Positions 29,480 to 38,703 of a stretch of DNA of 64,000 nt are shown in pieces. Every line of letters begins with the position of its first letter. Position 1 is the first letter of the stretch. The position numbers and the translations under genes were made by a program. Source of the DNA: a virus; IMG/VR virus record IMGVR_UViG_3300044959_000303, positions 32,001 to 96,000 of that record. One strand, 5' to 3'. The notes beneath the pieces are model-generated. The model ran no database searches. It saw only the letters and a list, made by a program, of their open reading frames with translations, and had not been told where the DNA came from.

Positions 29480-30757
29480 TCACTTTTTTACCCATAATTC
29501 GTATCCTGCATCGAAAATGACATCTTTGCAATTCCCGAACTTTCTTCTTTTTCTCGTTACATAATCCGTATACCATTTTTTCGGGGGAATTTCGGCAAGT
29601 TTCACAAAATCATTTTGCCGAAGAAATTCATCCCCGGGATGAAATCGGTTATCGATGAGAAGTTTTTCCGATTTCATGTTCAGGAAGAAAAAATTTCGAT
29701 CCAGAAATCCTCGAATTGTTTTTTTCATTCGTTTTTTCGAAAAATTCCATTCGTCTTCGAATATTTGCAGAAGAAGAATGTTTCGATTTTTTGCCTCGAT
29801 ATATTTTTTGTAATGGTACAATTCGTCTTTCTGATTACAGCAGGAATGCCAGTACAAACCATGAAATTCGATTCCGATACCATATTCCGGAATCAGTATG
29901 TCTATTTCGTGTTTTTCGAGAATGTTTCTTTTTCTCGATTCTGTTTTCAGATTTCTTTCGGAAAGAAATTTACGAATTTCCACTTCGTACGAAGAAAAAT
30001 ATTTTTTTCTGAGATTGTATTCGACGGCTCTTCTTTGAACGGAACATATGTTGACATTGAAATATTTCGAAATTTCTCTTTCATTTCCATGAAATTTTTC
30101 ATATATTTCCGGAAAGAAATTTTCCCAATCATCGAGGTTCGAAATGTGTTTTTTTGCCGTATTGTATACACCATATTTTTTCAGATTTGTCGATTTTATT
30201 CTGTTTTTTATTTTTTCACTTTTTGTCGGATTGTCCACTCCATATTTTTCCAGAATTTTTTTTCTTGCCCGATTTCTTATTTCCTCGCTTTTCATTGGAT
30301 TGTCGATACCATATCGTTTCAACCATGTTTTTTTCTTTTTGTCATGAACATTTCTGTTTTGTGATGGATTTTCGACACCATATTTCTTCATCAATGTTTC
30401 TTTTATTCTGCTTTTTACAATATCCGAAGAAAAAGGATTGGCAACTCCGTATTTTTTCAAATTCGTGTTCTTTATTTTTTCTTTTATGATCTGTTTGCAT
30501 TCTTCACAGTTGTTCACGTTTTCCGAATGGTAACCTTTCGGCAAACTCAGGAATTTTCTTTTGTAACCATGCGAACAGTAGGGATTTTCTTCGAAAAGAT
30601 AGTAGTGAATTTTTTCGACGAAATCGACGTGTTCTGGAAATTTCCAGAAATCTTGAATATCTTTTCTGTACTCTTCCATATTTTTCATTTTTGTCACAAA
30701 AACATTGACTCGATATTTCGAATAAAATTCATGTATTTCCCGATAATATTTTTTCAT
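29480..30757 (-). CDS. putative homing endonuclease (KYGVxNP repeats + Vsr/DUF559-like PD-(D/E)XK domain)
   Basis: Repeated T.LKKYGV.NP units; S.YE.EI, EIDILIPEYGIGIEFHGLYWHS, LLQIFEDEW. Confidence 0.8.
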   Translation of the reverse strand: MKKYYREIHEFYSKYRVNVFVTKMKNMEEYRKDIQDFWKFPEHVDFVEKIHYYLFEENPYCSHGYKRKFLSLPKGYHSENVNNCEECKQIIKEKIKNTNLKKYGVANPFSSDIVKSRIKETLMKKYGVENPSQNRNVHDKKKKTWLKRYGIDNPMKSEEIRNRARKKILEKYGVDNPTKSEKIKNRIKSTNLKKYGVYNTAKKHISNLDDWENFFPEIYEKFHGNEREISKYFNVNICSVQRRAVEYNLRKKYFSSYEVEIRKFLSERNLKTESRKRNILEKHEIDILIPEYGIGIEFHGLYWHSCCNQKDELYHYKKYIEAKNRNILLLQIFEDEWNFSKKRMKKTIRGFLDRNFFFLNMKSEKLLIDNRFHPGDEFLRQNDFVKLAEIPPKKWYTDYVTRKRRKFGNCKDVIFDAGYELWVKK

Positions 30758-31023
30758 GTTTCTTCGATTTTTTTTCGATTCATTGTAAAAACAATTCGAA
30801 AAAACAACAATTTTTTCGAATTGTTTTTTTTTTCAGAATTTTCGAATCCACAATTCGTATCCTGCATCGAAAATCACATCTTTGCAATTCCCGAACTTTC
30901 TTCTTTTTCTCGTTACATAATCCGTATACCATTTTTTCGGGGGAATTTCGGCAAGTTTCACAAAATCATTTTGCCGAAGAAATTCATCCCCGGGATGAAA
31001 TCGGTTATCGATGAGAAGTTTTT
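29496..31023. repeat. 172-bp direct repeat pair (29496-29667 and 30852-31023), 1 mismatch
   Basis: Direct read; only aaatga vs aaatca differs. Confidence 0.9.
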
Positions 31024-32197
31024 TCGAGGTTGTATCGATCGTATCGATGAAGAAGAAATTTCGATAGAGAAACGCTTTCAATATTTCCCGAATTTTTTCC
31101 CGAGAAAAATTCCATTCGTCTTCGAATATTTGCAGAAGAACAATATTTCGATTTTTTGCTTCCATATATTTCCTGTAATGATAGAATTTGTCTTTTTTGT
31201 TGTTGAAAGAATGCCAGTACAATCCGTGAAACTCGATTCCGATACCATATTCCGGAATCAGTATGTCTATTTCGCTTCCATTCAGAATATTCCGGTTTCG
31301 AAATTCGAAACTTATTTCGTTTTCAGCGAGAAATTCACCAATTTCTTTTTCATAGGAAGAAAACGAAACAAATTTTTCCCTGAGACCACATTTCAAAGCT
31401 CTTTTGCGAATCGTGGAAATATCGACAGAGAAATATTTCGAAATTTCTCTTTCGTTACCATGAAATTTCTCGTAAATTTCCGAAAAAGAATTTTCCCAAT
31501 CATCGAGATTCGAAATGTGTTTTTTCACGTGATTGTCAGTTCCGTATTTCTGCAACCATGTTTTTTTTCTTTTTTCGAGAATTTCGATACAAGAAAAAGG
31601 ATGTTCCGTTCCGTATTTTTTCAACCATGTTTCTTTTCTTTTCTTTCGAAAGAATTCGAAACACGAAGGATTTTCGACTCCATATCTTTCTTTTGTCGTT
31701 TTCGTTTTCCTGTTTTTCACAGTGTCCAGAAGAGAAGGATTTTCGACTCCATATTTTTTTTGTAATGTTTCTCTTATTCTTTTTTTCACGATTTCCGAAG
31801 AAAATGGATTTTTACAACCGTATTTTCGAATATTCGTTTTTTCTTTTCTGTTTTTCACTTCCTGTGAAGAAGCCGGATTTTTGCAACCATATTTTTTCAA
31901 ATTTGTCCTTTCTCTTTTTTCTTCGATGATTTTCTTGCATTTTTCACATTTTTTGACCTGTTCCGACAGATAACCTTTTTTCAAACCATGAAAGGTTCTT
32001 TTGAAACCATGAAGACAATATGGATTTTCTTCGAACAGATAATAATGAACTTTTTCGACAAATTCGACATTTTCCGGAAATTTCCAGAAATTCTCGATTT
32101 CTTTTCTGAATTTTTCGTTGTTTTTTACTTTTCTTACAAAAATTGCGGTTTTACAATTCGAATATATGTCATGTATTTCTTCATGATATTTTTTCAT
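30833..32197 (-). CDS. putative homing endonuclease, tandem paralog of 29480..30757
   Basis: Same architecture and near-identical C-terminus. Confidence 0.8.
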   Translation of the reverse strand: MKKYHEEIHDIYSNCKTAIFVRKVKNNEKFRKEIENFWKFPENVEFVEKVHYYLFEENPYCLHGFKRTFHGLKKGYLSEQVKKCEKCKKIIEEKRERTNLKKYGCKNPASSQEVKNRKEKTNIRKYGCKNPFSSEIVKKRIRETLQKKYGVENPSLLDTVKNRKTKTTKERYGVENPSCFEFFRKKRKETWLKKYGTEHPFSCIEILEKRKKTWLQKYGTDNHVKKHISNLDDWENSFSEIYEKFHGNEREISKYFSVDISTIRKRALKCGLREKFVSFSSYEKEIGEFLAENEISFEFRNRNILNGSEIDILIPEYGIGIEFHGLYWHSFNNKKDKFYHYRKYMEAKNRNIVLLQIFEDEWNFSREKIREILKAFLYRNFFFIDTIDTTSKKLLIDNRFHPGDEFLRQNDFVKLAEIPPKKWYTDYVTRKRRKFGNCKDVIFDAGYELWIRKF

Positions 32198-32320
32198 GAT
32201 GTTTTTCGAAAAATTTTTGAATGATTTTTTTCGGTGATTTCGAAGTTCCCGATCTTTCCGATATACATTGTAAACGAAAATGTAATTTTTCGAACAAAAA
32301 AATTCGAATTTCGATTTTCC

Positions 32321-32354
32321 AAAAGAAAAGGCGGTAAGAAATTACCGCCTTTTC
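32321..32354 (-). terminator. intrinsic terminator after tail tube gene
   Basis: gaaaaggcggtaa-gaaa-ttaccgccttttc; T-run on the minus strand. Confidence 0.85.
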
Positions 32355-32374
32355 CGTATAAACCATATTCACTA

Positions 32375-33007
32375 TCAGGCAATAGTCTTTCCTGTAGTTC
32401 CTGCAATATTGTTGAATGGAACGAGCGGGAAAACGCTTCGATCCACACCATCTTCTCCTGCATATTGAGCGTTTTGTGCTCGAATTGTAAGAGAAATCTG
32501 AATTGGATCACTTGCAGAGTAATCCAAAGAATCCCAATCTATATCGGTGAGAAAACATCCTTCGAGAAACCACTCTTCGAGAACTTTGACATTTCCACCA
32601 TCCAGTATTTCGATATACATGTCGAAGGTATAATTTACACCTGCAACAAATCCTGTTTGTTCGAAATGATTGAATTGTTTCTGTACCTGCTGACCTACCA
32701 ATCGCGTTGCCCTGTTGCTTATGTCATCTCTCAATACCAGATTTATGGTAGACCATTGATGTTTGCCAGCATAGTATCCTATGCTGTTATACGAATGAAA
32801 TTCCTGTGTATTGAAAGACAACTTCGGTTTACTGACACTGACAACCTGTCTCGTCAAATCTTCTACATTCTGATTGTCACCAAAATTTATGACGCGAACA
32901 CGAAAACGATATTTTGGTTTTGGTTGTAACAGACCAATTTTACCCGGATCCCCGCCCGTGGAAAATACGGGAACTCCGAACTTGGTAACGGTTTTCAATC
33001 CAGCCAT
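32375..33007 (-). CDS. tail tube protein, gp19-like
   Basis: LLQPKPKYRFRV, LTRQV, YNS..YYAGKHQW, QKQF, EILDGG, W.LEGCF, LDY..SD motifs. Confidence 0.88.
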   Translation of the reverse strand: MAGLKTVTKFGVPVFSTGGDPGKIGLLQPKPKYRFRVRVINFGDNQNVEDLTRQVVSVSKPKLSFNTQEFHSYNSIGYYAGKHQWSTINLVLRDDISNRATRLVGQQVQKQFNHFEQTGFVAGVNYTFDMYIEILDGGNVKVLEEWFLEGCFLTDIDWDSLDYSASDPIQISLTIRAQNAQYAGEDGVDRSVFPLVPFNNIAGTTGKTIA

Positions 33008-33035
33008 TTTTTCCGATTCCTTTCCTTTCTGAAAT

Positions 33036-33043
33036 TATTTATA
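33036..33043 (-). promoter_or_regulatory. T4-type late promoter TATAAATA (tail tube gene)
   Basis: Exact TATAAATA about 30 nt upstream of the start; NATAAATA variants precede many other structural genes. Confidence 0.75.
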
Positions 33044-33148
33044 TTATTTCGAAAAAAATATACTTTTGAAGAAAAATCGAAAAATGAAATTTATTCATAA
33101 ATATTCGTGTCGACAAATATTTATCGAAATCGTATCGAGGATTTTTTC

Positions 33149-34315
33149 ATGCCGAGAATCAGCTTGTGGAAAGACAAAAAGTCGCTGAATTACAAATTCT
33201 TCGACAATCATGCAAGACAAGCCATCAACATTGGCGGAACATTGGTGTATGTTCACAAGTATCTTGGACCAAAAGAAAAAAATGTAGTAAATCTGAATCT
33301 GGAAGAATCTCCATATGACAAAATTTCCGAAAATTTGAACGAAGAAGAACAGATTCCGGATGTTTTTCTGAATTCTTCGGAATCTTCGGAAATCACCGAA
33401 ATGGATATTCAGGATATTTTCTATCTCGAAAATCGTGATCGAAAATACGATCCGAATATTTACGAGATAAAAGCACATTACAATCCGACAGATGTCGAAT
33501 TCGATTTGAGACAATTTGGCTTGATGTTGGCAAACGATACATTGAATGTGACATTTCATTACAATGACATGGTGGAAAGAATCGGCAGAAGAATCATTCC
33601 CGGCGATGTTCTGGAATTTCCTCATTTGAGACAGGAACAACTGGATGAAAGAAAAATGGCAATTAACAAATATTATGTTGTCGAAGATGCTCACAGACCT
33701 TCCAATGGTTACGATGTGAATTGGTGGAATCATTTGTGGGCAGTAAGAGCTGTTCCCATTCACAATCAACAGGAATATTTCGATATTCTGGAAAAAGAAA
33801 TGGAGAATTTCTACGGCGAAGGAACCGGAGAAACTCTTGCAGATCAAATCTCGATTCTGGACAGGGAATTGGAAATTACCGACAACATATCGAAAGCGGC
33901 AAGAGAAGAAGTCGGAAGAAGAAAATTCATTCACAAACACATATATATAGTACCACGTATAGATGAACAGGGAAGAGAATATCCATTCGATCCCAGAATC
34001 GACGAATATCCGGTTCTGGCTTTTGGTGATGGTATTCCACCAAACGGAACAGAAGTGAAAAAAGGTACGGTTTTTCCAGAAAATCCAGTGGAAGGTGAAT
34101 ATTTTCTTCGAACGGATTACAATCCCGCAATTCTGTTTCAAAGAAAAGGAAATGTCTGGAAAAGAATCGAGGCGAACTGGAGAACACCTTGGGTTCCTGC
34201 TCATGATTCATTGAAGAGATTCATAAATCAGGAAGGAGAAATGAAACATGAAAACACTGGAAAAGTTTTGAAGAAAAGACAGTTTGTTTCTCGTGCTCTG
34301 AAGCCGGATCTTTGA
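33149..34315 (+). CDS. neck / head completion protein (gp14-like)
   Basis: MPRISLWK start, IQDIFYLENRDRKYD, FDLRQFG, FHYNDM, GDVLEFPHL, W..HLW; CATAAATA upstream. Confidence 0.75.
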   Translation: MPRISLWKDKKSLNYKFFDNHARQAINIGGTLVYVHKYLGPKEKNVVNLNLEESPYDKISENLNEEEQIPDVFLNSSESSEITEMDIQDIFYLENRDRKYDPNIYEIKAHYNPTDVEFDLRQFGLMLANDTLNVTFHYNDMVERIGRRIIPGDVLEFPHLRQEQLDERKMAINKYYVVEDAHRPSNGYDVNWWNHLWAVRAVPIHNQQEYFDILEKEMENFYGEGTGETLADQISILDRELEITDNISKAAREEVGRRKFIHKHIYIVPRIDEQGREYPFDPRIDEYPVLAFGDGIPPNGTEVKKGTVFPENPVEGEYFLRTDYNPAILFQRKGNVWKRIEANWRTPWVPAHDSLKRFINQEGEMKHENTGKVLKKRQFVSRALKPDL

Positions 34316-34329
34316 GAAAGGTGAAGTGA

Positions 34330-35709
34330 ATGTCGGACAACAGATTCGATCTTTCGTATTTCTACGACGGTCAGATAAGAAGAATGAACATTCAGTTCAC
34401 TCGAATTTTTACAAATTTTCATTATTCGATTGGAAAAAATCGAAACGGCGAGCCTTTGTTGAGAAGAGTTCCAGCGAGATATGCTTCGACAAATCGGCAG
34501 GTTGCTTATGTTCTGAGAAACAATTCGGAAAACGTGATGTTGTCCGTACCAATGTTCACCGTATATCTGACAGGTCTGACATATGACAGAAATCGAGTGC
34601 AGGATCCTCTCTTTTCGGAAAAAATTCGCTTCAACGAAAAAAAATTCGATTCGATTTCCGGTGAGTTCATTCAAGAACCGGGACAAAGATTCACTGTCGA
34701 AAGATACATGCCAGTTCCTTACACGATGAGATGGAACGTGGATTTGTGGGTGAGCAACGAAAGCCAGAAAGAACAGTTGGTGGAACAGATAATAGTTCTT
34801 TTCAATCCTTCCATACAATTGCAATTCACCGAAAATCCTCTGGATTGGACAAGCCTGACAGAATTGACTCTGGAAGAAATCAACTGGAGTAACAATTCGA
34901 TTCCGATAGGAACGGGTGGTGAAATAGAAATCATAACCTTTACGTTTTCCGCTCCGGTATGGATAAATCCGCCAGCAATAGTCGAAAGACAGAAAATAAT
35001 AAAAACAATCATTACAAATGTTCTGGAAGCAGAAAAATACGAAGATTACGAAACAGAAGCAAGTTACGGTGTACAGTTCGACAAAATCGATCTGTTGAGC
35101 AGAACGGTGACAACTTTCAATGATCATACAATCGTGATAAATCAGAATGTCGTAAAATTGACAGGTCCGGGAGGAATCGAAGTCAATGAGAATGGCAAAC
35201 CGTTTTCTTGGAAAACAATCTTTTCGAAATGCGGAGGTTTTCGTCCCGGAATTACACAACTTGTGATCAATCCGACCGACAATATCGAAGACGAAGAACA
35301 TTTGATTTCTGGTATACTCGATTATGGTTCGAGTGAAAATGAACTTTTGTGGTTTCCAAATCCATCTACACTTCCATTGAATACCATTCGGGAAATAAAT
35401 GCCATCATAGATCCTGTGAAAACTTTTCCCGAAAGAGGTCTTTCGATTCCAGTGATCGGAACCAGATATCTTTTATTGTCAGATATAGGAAATTCCATTG
35501 CCTGGGGAAACATTCAGGCAAAAAAACATGAAATAATAGAATGGGACGGATCGAAATGGGTTGTCGCATTCAATGTAGAACTGGAGAAAGAAAAAATTCA
35601 TTATGTCAAGAATCTCTATGACAACAATCAATTGATATGGAATGGAAAGGAATGGAAATATCTTGTGAATGGATTGTATGAACAAGGTTTCTGGAGAATT
35701 ATTCTGTAA
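34330..35709 (+). CDS. tail terminator / sheath stabilizer (gp15-like)
   Basis: YFYDGQIRR, VERYMPVPY, QKEQLVEQI.VLFNPS, DWTSL, PVWINPPA motifs. Confidence 0.8.
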   Translation: MSDNRFDLSYFYDGQIRRMNIQFTRIFTNFHYSIGKNRNGEPLLRRVPARYASTNRQVAYVLRNNSENVMLSVPMFTVYLTGLTYDRNRVQDPLFSEKIRFNEKKFDSISGEFIQEPGQRFTVERYMPVPYTMRWNVDLWVSNESQKEQLVEQIIVLFNPSIQLQFTENPLDWTSLTELTLEEINWSNNSIPIGTGGEIEIITFTFSAPVWINPPAIVERQKIIKTIITNVLEAEKYEDYETEASYGVQFDKIDLLSRTVTTFNDHTIVINQNVVKLTGPGGIEVNENGKPFSWKTIFSKCGGFRPGITQLVINPTDNIEDEEHLISGILDYGSSENELLWFPNPSTLPLNTIREINAIIDPVKTFPERGLSIPVIGTRYLLLSDIGNSIAWGNIQAKKHEIIEWDGSKWVVAFNVELEKEKIHYVKNLYDNNQLIWNGKEWKYLVNGLYEQGFWRIIL

Positions 35710-35743
35710 AAAAGAAAAAAGCTGCCCGATACCGGGCAGCTTT
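35707..35743 (-). terminator. intrinsic terminator closing the hfa-like operon (possibly bidirectional)
   Basis: aaagctgcccg-atac-cgggcagcttt with long T-tract on the minus strand. Confidence 0.85.
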
Positions 35744-35783
35744 GAAAAAAGTTGCAATTTTTTCGATCTGTTTTACGATCTTG

Positions 35784-36377
35784 TCATGGTCGCACAACAG
35801 TGTTGTTCAGATTGATGTTGTTGCCAACGGCAGTAGCATTGACTTCGATGTTGCCACGAACGACGTTGTTACGAACTTCGGCAACGGCAGTGACATTGCT
35901 TCCGACAACAGCCTGACCAAGATTTCCAAGACGATTGTTGGTTCCATTCAGATTGACATTGTTACCGACAGATGTTGCTTCCACAGTAAGTGGACCATTG
36001 AGATTGCTGTTGGTAACCAAAGAAAATGACTGAACGTTGCTGAACAACACCGCCTGATTTACCGCATCGTTATTCAGAACTCTGACATTTTCACCAGCAA
36101 GATTGTTTCCAACAGCAGTCGAACGAACTTCCGGGTCGGAAGTATTCGAAACATTGGCAATGACAGCTGTTGCGGTTACATTGCTGTTTTTGACCAACTG
36201 ACCATTGATATCGACATTCACATTCACTTCGATGTTGTCGATCTCGTTCAAATAACGACAATCGATACTGGTGCCCGGGTGTGTCAGATCACAACTCGTG
36301 GCATGTCCAGTACTTGCAAAAGTCAGAAGACCAATTGCAGTTGCGATGGAAGCAAGATAACGAATACTGACAGTCAT
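35784..36377 (-). CDS. exported N/V-rich repeat protein, HfaD/curlin-like putative amyloid subunit
   Basis: Sec signal peptide (..FASTGHA), three Q-x4-SNV...(A/S)T(A/S)VGNN repeats, strong AAGGAGG RBS, downstream of the CsgG/HfaB gene. Confidence 0.72.
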   Translation of the reverse strand: MTVSIRYLASIATAIGLLTFASTGHATSCDLTHPGTSIDCRYLNEIDNIEVNVNVDINGQLVKNSNVTATAVIANVSNTSDPEVRSTAVGNNLAGENVRVLNNDAVNQAVLFSNVQSFSLVTNSNLNGPLTVEATSVGNNVNLNGTNNRLGNLGQAVVGSNVTAVAEVRNNVVRGNIEVNATAVGNNINLNNTVVRP

Positions 36378-36526
36378 GTTTTCCTCCTTTGGTTGTCAGT
36401 TCTGATTCATATTGGTAAATTGCATCAATTTACCAATACTTCCGGAGAATCCGGCATGACTTCCCGATAACCAGAAATCGGTAGGCCCAGTTTTTGAATT
36501 GGATTGGCAGCCAATATTCGAAAAAC

Positions 36527-37414
36527 TCATTGCATACCAAAAATTCGTACGCGATCACTTTCAATGTTTCTGTCCACATACCTTTTGTATCCTCCCGGAT
36601 ACAATTCGGTATTTTCGTATCTGTTCAGATAAATGATATCATTGTTGTTGCAATTCAACTCTATTCCATAGATATCGGCCAGCAACAACGCCACCGAAGT
36701 TTCTATCACATCTCTCACACCAACATTCAGAGGTTCCTGAACCTTGAAACCACTGTTCACATCGATGAGTACATTTCCGAAAAAGGAGAAAATACCACTT
36801 TTCACCTCTTTTCCGGTAATTCTTTTTTTCAGGGAAATTGCCTTTACGATTTCAGTGGTTCGAGTGTTGACAACTCTGAAATCTGCTGCAATTTCCATTA
36901 TATATTCTCTTGTTCCACCACCGATTCCGTTGATATAGAATTCAGAGCCACCAGAAATCAGATAATTGATTTCTGTAATACCACCTGCAATATAATAATC
37001 CGAACCCAGAACCTGTCCGGGAAAAATTTTTCTATATCCCGGTTCGTCATCACCAAGAACCTTGTTGTTCGAGAGATTGAGTTCGACATCGAATACGGAA
37101 CGATCGATTCTTTCCACAACTCGAACAACATTTGTTTTTGCCAAAGCAGTCGTAACCATATGTGAAATACCGGAAGAAACCTTTTTTCCATCTACCAGAG
37201 AAATTTTACCGCTGTAATCATCTACATTTCCGACGGAAATTGTAATCACACCTTTGTTGTTTTTCAAGGAATTCAGTGCTTTCGACTCGAAACATTTCAG
37301 ATAATTCTGATATTCCGTGACGTTTTGTTCTACCGGATATCTGTTCAAGGTAGTAACAGAACATCCAGACAGTAAACTTGCCAGAAAAATCGCAGAAAAA
37401 AGTTTCTTTTTCAT
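36527..37414 (-). CDS. hfaB: CsgG/HfaB-family outer-membrane lipoprotein secretion channel
   Basis: Lipobox LLSGC; ISVGNVDDYSGK, MVTTALAK, VVER, YRKIFPGQVLGSDYYIAGGITEINY, DFRVVNTRT.EIV, QEPL..GVR..IE motifs. Confidence 0.87.
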   Translation of the reverse strand: MKKKLFSAIFLASLLSGCSVTTLNRYPVEQNVTEYQNYLKCFESKALNSLKNNKGVITISVGNVDDYSGKISLVDGKKVSSGISHMVTTALAKTNVVRVVERIDRSVFDVELNLSNNKVLGDDEPGYRKIFPGQVLGSDYYIAGGITEINYLISGGSEFYINGIGGGTREYIMEIAADFRVVNTRTTEIVKAISLKKRITGKEVKSGIFSFFGNVLIDVNSGFKVQEPLNVGVRDVIETSVALLLADIYGIELNCNNNDIIYLNRYENTELYPGGYKRYVDRNIESDRVRIFGMQ

Positions 37415-37427
37415 GATATGATTTCCG

Positions 37428-37802
37428 TCAATAATTGATGCTTCCGTTCAATTCTGTTTCAATATTACTGTCTTCTATTTCTTGTGTCAAGTTGAAATTT
37501 GGATTGTTCGAAATCGTTCCGTTTCTATTGTGAAGAGAAATATTACTGTTTGTTATGTTTCCCACAGTACCGCCGTAAATTGAAATTCCACCATGAGGAA
37601 TATTGCTACCATTCGAATTTTTTTCGAACATGTTTCCTTTTTTCATTTCAATTGCCGTGGCTTGATTGACAAGATCTTCGAGTTTTCTTTCCCGAAAATT
37701 CCAAATGTCATTCTGTCCAAATTCTGCATGTGCAGAATAGTTGAAAATAATGATCGAAAAACCTGAAAACAATGTAATCAGATGTTTTCTCATGATTTTC
37801 AT
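37428..37802 (-). CDS. small exported N/G-rich protein, HfaA-like
   Basis: Signal peptide (..YSAHA), GGTVGN and terminal ELNGSINY; directly upstream of hfaB-like gene as in hfaABD. Confidence 0.5.
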   Translation of the reverse strand: MKIMRKHLITLFSGFSIIIFNYSAHAEFGQNDIWNFRERKLEDLVNQATAIEMKKGNMFEKNSNGSNIPHGGISIYGGTVGNITNSNISLHNRNGTISNNPNFNLTQEIEDSNIETELNGSINY

Positions 37803-37816
37803 TCCTCCATTGTTTT

Positions 37817-38452
37817 TTATCTTGGTCCTACACTGCTCATATCTGGTCCGATACTGTCAGTATTTGCTCCGATACTGCCATTGTCCGGTCCAATTCCATC
37901 ATTCACACCATCTTTACCGTTTTTTCCATCCTTACCATTTTCATTGTCTTTTCCATTGTTGTCATTTCTGGAATTGTTGGAATTGTCATTATACTCGTCA
38001 GTGAAACAAAGAGTTATCTTTTTTTCTTCATCTTTTTCACAGATCTGTTGATTCATGACAATTTCTTTTTCTTTTCTTCGAATTTCGATAAACACGAATT
38101 CTTTTTCAGAACTTTTTTTGGCAATTTCGATTCTTTTTCCACTTTTGTCAAAAGAAGATATATTTTCAGAAAAATAAGTGTTTTCCAATTTCTGTCTTTC
38201 CCTTTCTTTGTTCAAAATATGACTTTTGATGAAATTCAAGGAATAGCATTCCTGATTTGGTTCGGGTTCATCATATTCTTTCGGCCAAAGATAACATTCA
38301 TCTTTCGAATTTTCGATTTTGTGTTCTGTTTCCGAAAACATGAAAATTTTTTGATTGTCTAAAAATCTTTTGGATTCGAAATTGACATGATATACATAAG
38401 AGCAAGAAGTCGAAAGAAAAGAAGCAAGAACGACAAAAGAAAATTTTTTCAT
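37817..38452 (-). CDS. putative exported (lipo)protein with N/D/G low-complexity tail
   Basis: MKKFSFVVLASFLSTSC signal (imperfect lipobox); C-x10-C-FTDEYND motif; GKD/IGPD repeats. Confidence 0.65.
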   Translation of the reverse strand: MKKFSFVVLASFLSTSCSYVYHVNFESKRFLDNQKIFMFSETEHKIENSKDECYLWPKEYDEPEPNQECYSLNFIKSHILNKERERQKLENTYFSENISSFDKSGKRIEIAKKSSEKEFVFIEIRRKEKEIVMNQQICEKDEEKKITLCFTDEYNDNSNNSRNDNNGKDNENGKDGKNGKDGVNDGIGPDNGSIGANTDSIGPDMSSVGPR

Positions 38453-38491
38453 AAATTGTCTCCATTTTTTCGAAATTTCAAGTCAAATGAT

Positions 38492-38519
38492 ATTTTACAT
38501 ACGAAATCGAAATTGTCAA
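38492..38519 (-). promoter_or_regulatory. sigma70-type promoter of the hfa-like operon
   Basis: TTGACA-16 nt-TAAAAT, about 40 nt upstream of ATG 38452. Confidence 0.65.
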
Positions 38520-38578
38520 TTTTTATTTTAATTTTTATTTACCAAAAAAGTTCATATCGATCATATGTAAACCGAAAT

Positions 38579-38618
38579 TAAAAAAAAAATAATCCGGTTG
38601 AACAGGTTCAACCGGATT
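38579..38618 (-). terminator. intrinsic terminator after the acidic repeat gene
   Basis: aatccggttgaa-cagg-ttcaaccggatt with long T-run on the minus strand. Confidence 0.8.
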
Positions 38619-38703
38619 GAATTTGTTCAAGTTACTTTTTCAATTTTTATCTTGTTCTTGTCATTTTTACTTTATCCAGATTTTGGTTTACATTACCAGA
38701 AAC

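Noticed and set aside
28176-32197. Intron or intein linked to the endonucleases near MCP
   Set aside because: MCP and tube genes are uninterrupted and closed by terminators; the endonucleases are free-standing
36378-36526. c-di-GMP-I/II riboswitch in the hfaD-like leader
   Set aside because: I could not match the consensus motifs by eye; kept only as a generic structured leader
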